A stretch of 20,000 bases of DNA from a bacterium (GTDB lineage: Bacteria > CLD3 > SB21): contig JABWCP010000014.1 of NCBI GenBank assembly GCA_013360215.1, positions 52,687 through 72,686 on the forward strand, given 5' to 3'. Both the position numbers and the translations under genes were made by a program. Positions 1 to 8,921 of this stretch are shown one piece after another. The notes under the pieces were generated by a model, which ran no database searches, was not told the origin of the DNA, and saw only the letters and a program-made list of their open reading frames with translations. Position 1 is the first letter of the stretch, and the number at the start of each line of letters is the position of its first letter.

Positions 1-168
1 TCCGATCAACGGGAGATGGCCGAAACGGACTGCAGGAAATTAATCCTTAGGCAGCCAACGCGTATGCGTTATTGTTGAGTATTGGTTTCCGCTTATTTTA
101 CGCGCACACAGAAAAAGCGCGGCATGCGACCCAAAGCACCCTATACCCGTCGAATCCAGTTCGTCCCC
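1..168 (-). ncRNA. ssrA: tmRNA, 5' half (3' half lies beyond the window start)
   Basis: The minus strand from 168 reads GGGGACGAACTGGATTCGACGGG (compare the canonical GGGGCTGATTCTGGATTCGACGGG). GCATGCCG follows, then a pk1-type pseudoknot (CGCGC/GCGCG; TTTCTGT/GCGGAAA), a tag frame ending YALAA-stop, and a helix-5-type pairing (GGCTGC/GCAGTC, AGGA/TCCT). Confidence 0.95.
47..76 (-). other. tmRNA proteolysis-tag reading frame, (A)NNNAYALAA*
   Basis: Codons AAC AAT AAC GCA TAC GCG TTG GCT GCC TAA. The C-terminal YALAA matches the E. coli tag ANDENYALAA. A UA dinucleotide sits at -5/-4 from the first AAC. Confidence 0.85.
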
Positions 169-218
169 ATATTGCAAAAGAACATTGGTATCTGTGAGAT
201 ACATTCCTAGAACGTCGC

Positions 219-247
219 ATGGTCGTAAAAAATTCCGTAATTGTCAA
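219..247 (-). promoter_or_regulatory. candidate sigma70 promoter for tmRNA
   Basis: Perfect TTGACA (247-242), 17-nt spacer, then an imperfect -10 GACCAT (224-219), about 50 nt upstream of the mature tmRNA 5' end. Confidence 0.45.
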
Positions 248-323
248 CACCAAGGAACATCCTTGTATATAAATGCCGCATGTTTTAATTTACCACGTCC
301 AACCATCTGCGAGGTTTTCATAT

Positions 324-1313
324 ATGCCGGCGAATTTATCCACTTCGTACATGGGTTTTACGTTAAAAAACCCGATTGTTCCTTCGGCTTCTCCGCTATC
401 TAAACATTTAGACAATATCAGGAAAATGGAAGATGCGGGGGCTGCGGCTGTTGTACTATTTTCGTTGTTTGAAGAGCAGATTTATCACGATGCGATGGAG
501 TTAGTACAAGAAGCCTCCAAAATAAGTGAGGACTTCCGAAACTCCTTTGATTACTTACGCGAACTCAATCAGTCGCATTATAATCCTGATGCTTATCTTG
601 AGCATATCCGCAAAGCCAAAGAAGTTGTTAAAATTCCTATCATTGCCAGCCTCAACGGATCTTCGGATAACGGTTGGTTACAATACGCCAAATCCATTGA
701 AGCGGCAGGCGCTGACGGGCTGGAGCTGAATCTGTATCACATCGCCGCAGATCCTAAAAAAAATTCTGCGCAAATTGAAGATCAATTCATACACGTCGTC
801 CGTTCCGTCAAAAATCTTAAGATCCCTGTTTCTGTCAAACTCAGCCCTCATATCACAGGGTTAGCTAACTTTGTTTCCCGGTTGGACGAAACGCGCGTGG
901 ACGGTGTTGTTCTTTTTAATCGCTTTTATCAACCCGATTTTAATCTTAACTCGCTCAAAGTTGTTCCTAATATCAATCTTAGTGACTCAACCGATTTACG
1001 GCTTGCTTTGCGCTGGACAGCGATCCTGTATGGTCAGGTGCATGCCCCGATTGCAGCGACAAGCGGCATACATTCCCACGAAGATGCGATCAAAATGATT
1101 ATGGCCGGCGCTTCGGTAACGATGGTGTGTTCCGCCTTACTCAAAAACGGCATCTCTCACATTACGGAATTACTGCGTGATATAGAGCTTTGGATGGATA
1201 TTCACGAGTGCCAATCATTGAGCCATATCCGCGGCAGCATGAGTCAAAAATCCAAAGACGACCCATCGGCCATGGAACGTGCGCAATACATCAAAGCATT
1301 AGCTCAGTATTAG
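324..1313 (+). CDS. dihydroorotate dehydrogenase-like FMN TIM-barrel protein (DHOD-like family)
   Basis: Motifs LSTSYMGFTLKNPIVPSASPL, GAAAVVLFSLFEEQI, IPIIASLNG, GADGLELN, IPVSVKLSP, GVVLFNRFYQPD and ATSGIH. The ATG at 324, with GAGG at 311-314, is preferred over 273. Confidence 0.9.
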   Translation: MPANLSTSYMGFTLKNPIVPSASPLSKHLDNIRKMEDAGAAAVVLFSLFEEQIYHDAMELVQEASKISEDFRNSFDYLRELNQSHYNPDAYLEHIRKAKEVVKIPIIASLNGSSDNGWLQYAKSIEAAGADGLELNLYHIAADPKKNSAQIEDQFIHVVRSVKNLKIPVSVKLSPHITGLANFVSRLDETRVDGVVLFNRFYQPDFNLNSLKVVPNINLSDSTDLRLALRWTAILYGQVHAPIAATSGIHSHEDAIKMIMAGASVTMVCSALLKNGISHITELLRDIELWMDIHECQSLSHIRGSMSQKSKDDPSAMERAQYIKALAQY

Positions 1314-1550
1314 CGACCTACATCATTGATTTACTTTACATCGTAGTCGGCGCCATACGTCTGGAGTTGATCATCGCTAGTCAATCTTTGTTTTATGATG
1401 GCGCCAGTAATTTGTTTTCTGTCAATCCATGGGCACACTATACATGCGGCGTTCACCATATTCACCGGTTCAGACTCCATACATAGACGATATCTGAGTT
1501 GTCAAAAAAAATACAAGTTTATCTGTGATATCATAATTCCAACATCTTCA

Positions 1551-1583
1551 CGTTCATTCATACTCGATGAATGAATGCTTTTT
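1551..1583 (+). terminator. inverted repeat; weak terminator or operator
   Basis: TTCATTCAT-actcg-ATGAATGAA (1553-1575) followed by CTTTTT, between two convergent genes. Confidence 0.35.
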
Positions 1584-1649
1584 ACTGAGAGCTAATATGT
1601 TATTACAAAAGCCTCAAACTGATCCGAGTTCACATTGTTACCACACATG

Positions 1650-2909
1650 CTATTGTTTTACGTTTCCATTCAAATCCAACTTCAAAAGATAAATATCGGT
1701 CGAATTGGAGTCCGTAAAAGTATATCCCGCACTGTAGATGGAATTTCTTATCACTTCCACCCCCATACCTTCATCATCCAACGCATCTCCATAATGTTTA
1801 CTCCAAACCGCAGAACCCTGCGCTGTAAATCGCGCTACCCACATTTGATATCTCGGCCCGACAAAGCGATCATAAAAACGTCCGCTTACAATATAGTCAC
1901 CGTTGCTCAATCGAGAGAGCGCATGCGGACGAAGAATAGGGAAAGCATCTTCACGAAACTGTTCTCTGTATTTAGTTTGCATTATTATATTACCATCTAA
2001 GTCCACCCGGACAAACCAAAAATCCGTGTGACCGTAATGAGGGAACGACAATAATGAACTCGCTGCTATTACAATATGCCCGGAGCTTTCAAAAGCCAAA
2101 GCTCGAGCCACATCACGATTTGGAATAAGCCCTGTAGCAGAATCAATCAAACTATGGTATGTTTTTAACCATGTGGTTTGACCAAGATTGTTCATTTTGA
2201 TCAAAAACGCATCACTATAGCTACTATAAGGGGTATTCTGTATCGTCTGTCCACCAATGAAAATATCGTCGGCTGGTGTGATAAGAATATCTTTGGGTTC
2301 TATAGGAATGTCAGAAGTCACCGATTCTTGCCAAATTAATTTCCCATCGTCGCTGATTCTAAATACCAAAACATGGCCATCTTCCTGCAAAACCGTTTTC
2401 TCGTATGCAACGCCTGTAACCGATTCATCCGTACCCATATCCAGAGCAACACCATATGTACTGCTAGGACCTTCGACTTCGTATGTCCAAACAAGATTTC
2501 CGTCGGGCGACAACTTTCCTACGACCGCATTCGTATCAGCGCTGGATCTACAGATGGTTCCAATGATATAAATATAACCTTCCTCGTCAACAACAGCGTC
2601 TGTCAATTCATCAAAATAATTCCCGCCCAAGGTTTTTGCCCATACGCTTTTCATGTTTTTATTGAAAAGTACGAGATATAAATCATATTGCCCTCTCAGG
2701 CTATTGGTGCGCCCCCCGATAAAGATTCCTCCCTCCGGCGTGGCGGCTACGACGCTGGCTTGTTCGGCACCTACAAGACCAAACGTACTGGCAAATTCAC
2801 CGGAATTATTAACCGTAGAAACTGACTCGCACGAAACGGTTAAGAAGATTAAAAATAAATAGAGAAAATAAAAATCATCACATTGCATAGATAGAAGAGA
2901 TTTGAACAT
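1650..2909 (-). CDS. putative lipoprotein with beta-propeller-like repeats
   Basis: Hydrophobic stretch FLYLFLIFLTVSC (lipobox-like), then about 7 repeats of the type (G/D)xIxIxG...D(A/L)(F/Y)L(I/V)KxxxxGxxxWxKT(Y/L). The start is uncertain (2909 or 2888). The sequence is visibly AT-richer than the kinase genes. Confidence 0.75.
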   Translation of the reverse strand: MFKSLLSMQCDDFYFLYLFLIFLTVSCESVSTVNNSGEFASTFGLVGAEQASVVAATPEGGIFIGGRTNSLRGQYDLYLVLFNKNMKSVWAKTLGGNYFDELTDAVVDEEGYIYIIGTICRSSADTNAVVGKLSPDGNLVWTYEVEGPSSTYGVALDMGTDESVTGVAYEKTVLQEDGHVLVFRISDDGKLIWQESVTSDIPIEPKDILITPADDIFIGGQTIQNTPYSSYSDAFLIKMNNLGQTTWLKTYHSLIDSATGLIPNRDVARALAFESSGHIVIAASSLLSFPHYGHTDFWFVRVDLDGNIIMQTKYREQFREDAFPILRPHALSRLSNGDYIVSGRFYDRFVGPRYQMWVARFTAQGSAVWSKHYGDALDDEGMGVEVIRNSIYSAGYTFTDSNSTDIYLLKLDLNGNVKQ

Positions 2910-3009
2910 AGACGTAGGATTTGATTAATAATAAAATGTTATTTATTACGTAATATAATATAATATTTTTAAATAGAATACAATTTCTTCATAATTACTT
3001 TTTATGTAA

Positions 3010-3050
3010 ACAAGGAATCGAATCCCGCTGCAACAGGAAACTTAATGATT
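3010..3050 (-). repeat. degenerate partial copy of the neighbouring tRNA-Lys 3' half
   Basis: 3010-3022 ACAAGGAATCGAA equals tRNA 3174-3186 (13/13). 3039-3050 AACTTAATGATT matches tRNA 3192-3203 AACCTAATGATT (11/12). Order and orientation are the same. Confidence 0.55.
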
Positions 3051-3134
3051 GAAACCCACTACAATAACGCACAGAATGTGTAACACACTAAGTTAACCAT
3101 TCCATTATCATCAAAATAAATCACGCAAAAAAAT

Positions 3135-3165
3135 AAAAACCTGAGTCTGTACAACTCAGGTTTTT
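3135..3165 (-). terminator. intrinsic terminator of tRNA-Lys (bidirectional form)
   Basis: AAAAACCTGAGT-ctgtaca-ACTCAGGTTTTT, a 12-bp perfect inverted repeat immediately 3' of the tRNA. Confidence 0.9.
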
Positions 3166-3166
3166 G

Positions 3167-3239
3167 TGCGTCCACAAGGAATCGAACCTTGAACCTAATG
3201 ATTAAGAGTCATTTGCTCTGCCAATTGAGCTATGGACGC
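3167..3239 (-). tRNA. tRNA-Lys, anticodon CTT
   Basis: Full cloverleaf: acceptor GCGTCCA/TGGACGC, D arm GCTC/GAGC, anticodon arm AATGA-CT-CTT-AA-TCATT, T arm CAAGG-TTCGATT-CCTTG, discriminator A. CCA is not encoded. Confidence 0.97.
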
Positions 3240-3257
3240 GTTTAAAAAATCGGACGC

Positions 3258-3286
3258 AATATAGTCGCGACATACTAACGACGCAA
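3258..3286 (-). promoter_or_regulatory. sigma70-type promoter of tRNA-Lys
   Basis: TTGCGT-17 nt-TATATT(GCG), 18 nt upstream of the tRNA 5' end. Same architecture as the promoters at 11980-12008 and 14423-14451. Confidence 0.7.
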
Positions 3287-3293
3287 GCTCTTT

Positions 3294-6200
3294 TTATTCA
3301 TTTTTATCATTGATCACGTCGTATATTAATTGACGAAATGCATCCACCTGAAACGGTTTGATGATATAACCTTTAAACCCATACGATTTGTGATCAGCCA
3401 TGATCGGATCGTTGGAATAGCCGCTTGAGACGACGGCGCGAACGTTCGGATCAATTTCTAAAAGCTTTTTTATTGTTTCTTTTCCGCCCATACCTCCGGG
3501 AATCGTGAGATCCATGATCACGACATCATACGGCACTCCGGCATCTCGTGCCGTCGTAAACGCGCGTATGGCATCTGTGCCATCAGTGACGGAATCCGTC
3601 TGGTAACCAAACTTACGCAGAATACGTGTGGTTATTTCCCGGATGTCTTCTTCGTCATCCATGACAAGTATTTTTCCGCTGCCCATTCCAAGTTCCTTTT
3701 GCGGGGCCGATTGTTGTTGCACTTGTTTTTCCGAAGCCGGCAGATACACCGTAAAAACAGAACCGACGCCAAGTTGTGATTCGACGGATATTGCGCCCTG
3801 ATGGTTCTTTACGATGGAATAACAAGTAGCCAAACCCAAGCCGCTACCGCGTTGTTTGGTTGTAAAATACGGATCGAAAATTTTAGACAAATATTCCGAC
3901 GCAATGCCGACACCTTGATCGGTAATTCCCATGCGAATATATTTTCCTGCCGCAAGATGCATGATCGCATTTTCATCTAAGTATACGTTTTCTGCTTTTA
4001 TATGTATAACTCCGCCGTCCGGCATCGCATGAACAGCGTTAATCACCAGATTCTGAATCACTTGACTGATCTGTCCCTCATCGATTTCGGCAGGCCATAA
4101 ATCATCCGGCATATCATACTCACACAACACATTGGATCCGCGCATCATAAAGTCCGCCGCTTCACGAATCAATTCACTGATGGTCAGCGTTTTCCTGACC
4201 GGCGATCCGCCTTTGGCAAACGTGAGTAATTGTTGCGTCAGTTCTTTGGCGCGAAATCCGGCTTTTTCAGAGCGGGATAATATATCATCAATTTTATCAT
4301 AGTGATGCTGCTGATGTTCCATACGCGCCAGTGAAATATTACCCAATATCGCTGTCAAAATATTATTAAAGTCGTGCGCAATACCACCGGCAAGTAATCC
4401 GACCGATTCCAGTTTGATAGATTTCAGGCGTTCTTCTTCTATTTTTTGTTTCTCTGTGATATCACGAAACACAAGTACCACACCGATGATCGTACTTTCT
4501 TTGTCACGGATGGGCGCACCGCTGTCGGCTATCAATCGTTCTGTGCCATCACGAGCGATCAACGCCGTATTTTGTTCCAGCTCAAAAATGCCGCCGCTTT
4601 GAATGATCCGACGCACCGGCTCCGCAATACGCACTTTGGTTTTGTAATTGATGATATGAAAAATATCCTCGATCGGTCTGTCTTGCGCTTCTTCTTGCGT
4701 CCATCCGGTCAATACTTCGGCAACACGATTGATCAAAACGATCCGTCCTTGCACATCCGTCGTGATCACGCCGTCACCGATCGAACGCAGTGTCACAGAT
4801 AACCGCTCTTTTTCGGCTTCGAGAGCGCGTTCGGTTTTTTTGCGATCCGTTATATCATAATATACACCCTGAATAGCCGGTGTGTCATTCCATAAAATTT
4901 CAGCTACCCGCACTTCTAAATCACGAATGCGACCGTCTTTGGTGATTACCTTTAGTTCATACAAATCCGATACGGGTAATCCTTGACGTCGCCGTTCCAT
5001 TCGCTCTTCGATCATAGGCTTATTCTCGGGTGCGATAATCTTGTATATCGAGAAATCCGGTTGTGATACGTCATGCGCTGTATAACCGAACAGTTTTTCC
5101 CACGCCGGATTGACAATTACGATTTTTTCGTTTTGCAAAACATACACCGGATTCAACGCTTGCTCGACCAATGTTTTATACTGAAGATCGCGTTGGCGAA
5201 GTATACTTTCTGCCGTCCGTAATTCGGTGATATCAGAAATAAATCCCTCGATGTATAAAAGTTTACCATCCGCATACACACCGGAACCGACTTCCGATAA
5301 CCACCGCCAACTTCCGTCGCGATGTTGGATACGATAAGTTAAACTAAACGAATGTTGATCCCGCACGGCGGTATGAACAATATGATTGATCATAGCCACA
5401 TCATCAGGATGATACATCGTGCTCAGGCTTATTCGCCTGTCATAAAAATCTTCCTTCGGATACCCCGTGATGTCCAAAATCGCTTCGCTGGTATAAATGA
5501 ACGTAAAATCAGCATCGTTTTCACACATGTACACGACCCCCGGAAGGTTTTCGGCAAGTAATCGGAATTTTTCTTCACTTTGCCTCAACACTTCTTCCGA
5601 TTTTTTACGTTCCGTAATGTCACGCGAATTAACCACGATGCCGCCGACAACCGCATCATGCAATAGGTTATGGGCCGTCACTTCCAATGTGCGCCATGAA
5701 TGATCTTTGTGTAAAAATCGAAAATGGACATTGACTATTTTTTGCCCTTGATGAATTCCGGTTTGGAAGGCTTCGCGAATTAAGGGACGGTCTTCCGGAT
5801 GGGCAAAATCTAACACGTTCTTACCGATAAGGTCGTTAGGCGTAAACCCGGTTATTTTTTCTACGGAAGGACTTTCGTACAAGATCGTACCATCAGCTGA
5901 AATAATACTGATAAGATCCAACGCATTCTCAATCAACGCGCGATAGTATTTTTCACGACGTTCCACGGCTTCCCGGCTTCGCACACGTTCAGTCACATCG
6001 CGCGAAAAAATGGAAGCGCCGCGAATAATCCCGTCGTCCGTGCGGATCGGAAAAAAAGAAATTTCATAATCACGCGACTCGCCGCCCAGATCATAGTGAT
6101 CCGATTCCATAAATACCTCGCCGCGAACGATGACGCGTTCATACCTTGCCTTCCATAAGGCCTTGAGATCGTCGGGTATACTGTCAATCACATTCATTCC

Positions 6201-8918
6201 GACTTCCAATCGAACCCCAAATGCCGCAAAATACGCATCGCGGAATGTCGAATTGATGGTGACAATCCTGTAGTCGGCGTCGATGGACCAAATGGAATCA
6301 TGCGAATTTTCAAGAATTGCCGCTAAATTGGCTTCATTATTCCTTAAATCCTCTTCAACCAAACGTCGTTCGGTTACATCTTTGCGTACGGCCCATACGC
6401 GTTTCCAGAAACCTTGCTCCACGACACCGGTATAACTATTGATGAAAAATCGTTTGGAACCATCTTCGGATATTTTTTCCGACTCGATATCGCTCGCTGA
6501 ATAACCGTTACGAATTAAGTGTGCAACCCACTCGCGCTGTGCCGTTTGTTCCGTAGCTTCATCGCGCCAAACTTTGTTCCCCGTAAGCTGATCCGGTGTA
6601 CGATAGCCTTCACTGAGCGCATACGTACTATTGCATTCACTGATAAAGGCCGTTTCAAAAAAAGATGCGATCTGATCTTCGACGGGTAGGTTCACGGCAA
6701 TCGGTTTTTCAAATTCAAATAAACAAATGCCATCGGAGCTGTTGGCCACAAATGCCCGATACCGCTCTTCACTTTGTTTGAGCGCTATTTCTGATTTTTT
6801 TAATTCTGTTATATCTTTTTGCGTCCCCCAAATACGCGTAAGTTTTCCGTCTTCGACAATACCTATGGCACTGTTCAAAAATATCTTCTGCGCGCCATAC
6901 TTATCCACTTCGTGCGATTCCTGATTGGCAAAATGATAACCCGATTTTACGAAGTCCACCATGTAGGCCACGTTATGCGGGTCATTTGGCAGAAGTAAGG
7001 TTTTGAGGGGTAAGCCAATTAACTCCTCTACCGAATTAAAGCCATACATCAGCGCTTGTACGGTATTGGCCTCGGCGATATAGCCTCCGGCAAATATACT
7101 AGCCACTTGCTCTTCCGGCATCCAATCAATCGGAACTGGTTCATCTAACTCAAGGCGATAAATACCCTCCGTACTTTGCTCAATGAAAGCGCGGTATTTT
7201 TGATCACTTTGGGTCAACGCTTCTTCAGAACGACGTACGTCGGAAATATCACGGCAAATAAACTGCAGGCACGGTTGATCGTCGTATTCTATTTTGGAAA
7301 TCACTGATGAATACCAGTGCATCTTTCCCCACCGATCAATAAAACGATTTTCTATGATGCCGGAATGGGTCCTCGCGCTTTGTGCAAATTCGTCAATAAG
7401 CGCATTGACTCTTCCAAAATCTTCCGGGTGAACAAAAGGGTTTTCATCGGGCGGAAAACGAAAGTCATTGAGTGTATAACCGGTTTGACGTTCCATCGCC
7501 GGATTGACATACAGCATATTGCGTTTGTAATCTGTGATAAAAAGTACATCATGGAACGACTCGACTAGTTTTCTGTAACGCTCTTCCCGCTCTTTGAGCA
7601 ACTGTTCAGCTTCCACACGTTCGGTAACATCGCGTGTCGTAATGAGAATTCCCTCAACGGATGCATCCAAAAGCAAATTGACACCGACGCTTTCACAGTG
7701 ACGCCACGTTCCGTTTTTATGTAAAAAACGGTACATAGCCGTAGCCGATTCGCCCGGCACACGAAGCAAGGATTCAAAAGTTTTTTGCAATACTTCAAGG
7801 TCTTCCGGATGAATCTGATCGAATGCATTGCGCCCAAGCAACTCGTCCTGCGTATAACCGAGCATCGGAAATATGGAGGGGCTCTCGTACCGGATCGTAC
7901 CGTCCGCTGCGACAATCGTGATCAGATCGCGTAGTTGGCGCACCAGCATCGTAAATCGTTCTTCACTGCGATGTAATGCGTCTAAGGCAAATTTTTGCCC
8001 GGTGATGTCGCTGACAACAAACTGAATGGCCGGTTTTTGAAGGTATTCGATTTTACTAAGTACGGACGAATGCCAGCGTAATCTTCCCCAACGATCCACA
8101 AAACGGTTTTCCAAAGTTTTAGAAAACATGGCTTCGCTTTGTATAAAATCCGCTATGAAACGATTGACGTTAGGCAAATCCTCCGGATAGATCAACGGAT
8201 GTTGATGTACGTTAAAATCATAATCTGTGGCCGTGTATCCCGTGTGTTTTTCGACAGCAGGGTTGATGTACAACACATTGCGATAGTAGTCCTCGATAAA
8301 TACCATGTCATCCGACGCTTCGAGTAAAGCGTGATACCGTATTTCGGCTTGGCGTCTTTCTTCCGCATGTTTTGAGCCGGTGATACAATCGGCTACAGCG
8401 TTGGCAAACTCTTCTTCGCGTCGGGCCCATCGGCGTGATCCTCCGACATGCTCATGGCACAAAACACCGATCACGCGGCCGTCCTGCCAGATCGGTACAT
8501 CCATCATCGCGCCGATCCCGTTGGGCAAAAGATAATCTTCCGTAAAAGCACTGGTGCGGGGATCTTTGTGAGCATTCTTCGCCAGTAATGACCGGCCGGA
8601 ATTCAATGCCTTAAAGTAAGGTTTATATTTAGAAGCTAAAAGTACGTCCCCTTTGAAATATTTTTTTTTCTCCCGACTGTAAAGTGCGACACATTGGATA
8701 GCCGATCGGTCCGGCGTGAATAACCAGACACTGACGCGATCAATAGATTGCAAGTCGGCGGATATACGTACGGCGGCACGCACCAAAGCGTCAAAACCTT
8801 TACGCAGACGATACAGATGCAGCAGGGCATCATGCTGTCGCGTGCTATCTAATTTTCGAAGAGTCTTTGGGGGACTCTTCTTTTTAGATGAAACTCGCTT
8901 TGGGGTTTTACGCGCCAT
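3294..8918 (-). CDS. cytoplasmic hybrid sensor histidine kinase: GAF + 10 PAS/PAC + HisKA + HATPase_c + receiver
   Basis: N-terminal GAF (RVSVWLF...GIGAMMDVPIWQDGRVIGVLCHEH). Ten PAS units end in D(I/V)(T/S)x motifs. H box GIAHDFNNILT, N box QVIQNLVINA, G boxes DQGVGI and GSGLGL, receiver ILVMDDE...VIMDLTIP...KPF. No transmembrane stretch. Confidence 0.95.
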   Translation of the reverse strand: MARKTPKRVSSKKKSPPKTLRKLDSTRQHDALLHLYRLRKGFDALVRAAVRISADLQSIDRVSVWLFTPDRSAIQCVALYSREKKKYFKGDVLLASKYKPYFKALNSGRSLLAKNAHKDPRTSAFTEDYLLPNGIGAMMDVPIWQDGRVIGVLCHEHVGGSRRWARREEEFANAVADCITGSKHAEERRQAEIRYHALLEASDDMVFIEDYYRNVLYINPAVEKHTGYTATDYDFNVHQHPLIYPEDLPNVNRFIADFIQSEAMFSKTLENRFVDRWGRLRWHSSVLSKIEYLQKPAIQFVVSDITGQKFALDALHRSEERFTMLVRQLRDLITIVAADGTIRYESPSIFPMLGYTQDELLGRNAFDQIHPEDLEVLQKTFESLLRVPGESATAMYRFLHKNGTWRHCESVGVNLLLDASVEGILITTRDVTERVEAEQLLKEREERYRKLVESFHDVLFITDYKRNMLYVNPAMERQTGYTLNDFRFPPDENPFVHPEDFGRVNALIDEFAQSARTHSGIIENRFIDRWGKMHWYSSVISKIEYDDQPCLQFICRDISDVRRSEEALTQSDQKYRAFIEQSTEGIYRLELDEPVPIDWMPEEQVASIFAGGYIAEANTVQALMYGFNSVEELIGLPLKTLLLPNDPHNVAYMVDFVKSGYHFANQESHEVDKYGAQKIFLNSAIGIVEDGKLTRIWGTQKDITELKKSEIALKQSEERYRAFVANSSDGICLFEFEKPIAVNLPVEDQIASFFETAFISECNSTYALSEGYRTPDQLTGNKVWRDEATEQTAQREWVAHLIRNGYSASDIESEKISEDGSKRFFINSYTGVVEQGFWKRVWAVRKDVTERRLVEEDLRNNEANLAAILENSHDSIWSIDADYRIVTINSTFRDAYFAAFGVRLEVGMNVIDSIPDDLKALWKARYERVIVRGEVFMESDHYDLGGESRDYEISFFPIRTDDGIIRGASIFSRDVTERVRSREAVERREKYYRALIENALDLISIISADGTILYESPSVEKITGFTPNDLIGKNVLDFAHPEDRPLIREAFQTGIHQGQKIVNVHFRFLHKDHSWRTLEVTAHNLLHDAVVGGIVVNSRDITERKKSEEVLRQSEEKFRLLAENLPGVVYMCENDADFTFIYTSEAILDITGYPKEDFYDRRISLSTMYHPDDVAMINHIVHTAVRDQHSFSLTYRIQHRDGSWRWLSEVGSGVYADGKLLYIEGFISDITELRTAESILRQRDLQYKTLVEQALNPVYVLQNEKIVIVNPAWEKLFGYTAHDVSQPDFSIYKIIAPENKPMIEERMERRRQGLPVSDLYELKVITKDGRIRDLEVRVAEILWNDTPAIQGVYYDITDRKKTERALEAEKERLSVTLRSIGDGVITTDVQGRIVLINRVAEVLTGWTQEEAQDRPIEDIFHIINYKTKVRIAEPVRRIIQSGGIFELEQNTALIARDGTERLIADSGAPIRDKESTIIGVVLVFRDITEKQKIEEERLKSIKLESVGLLAGGIAHDFNNILTAILGNISLARMEHQQHHYDKIDDILSRSEKAGFRAKELTQQLLTFAKGGSPVRKTLTISELIREAADFMMRGSNVLCEYDMPDDLWPAEIDEGQISQVIQNLVINAVHAMPDGGVIHIKAENVYLDENAIMHLAAGKYIRMGITDQGVGIASEYLSKIFDPYFTTKQRGSGLGLATCYSIVKNHQGAISVESQLGVGSVFTVYLPASEKQVQQQSAPQKELGMGSGKILVMDDEEDIREITTRILRKFGYQTDSVTDGTDAIRAFTTARDAGVPYDVVIMDLTIPGGMGGKETIKKLLEIDPNVRAVVSSGYSNDPIMADHKSYGFKGYIIKPFQVDAFRQLIYDVINDKNE

Positions 8919-8921
8919 AAA

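Noticed and set aside
241-273. Plus-strand promoter TTGTCA...TATATA for the DHOD-like gene
   Set aside because: The spacing is 19-21 nt rather than about 17, so it is not supportable by eye.
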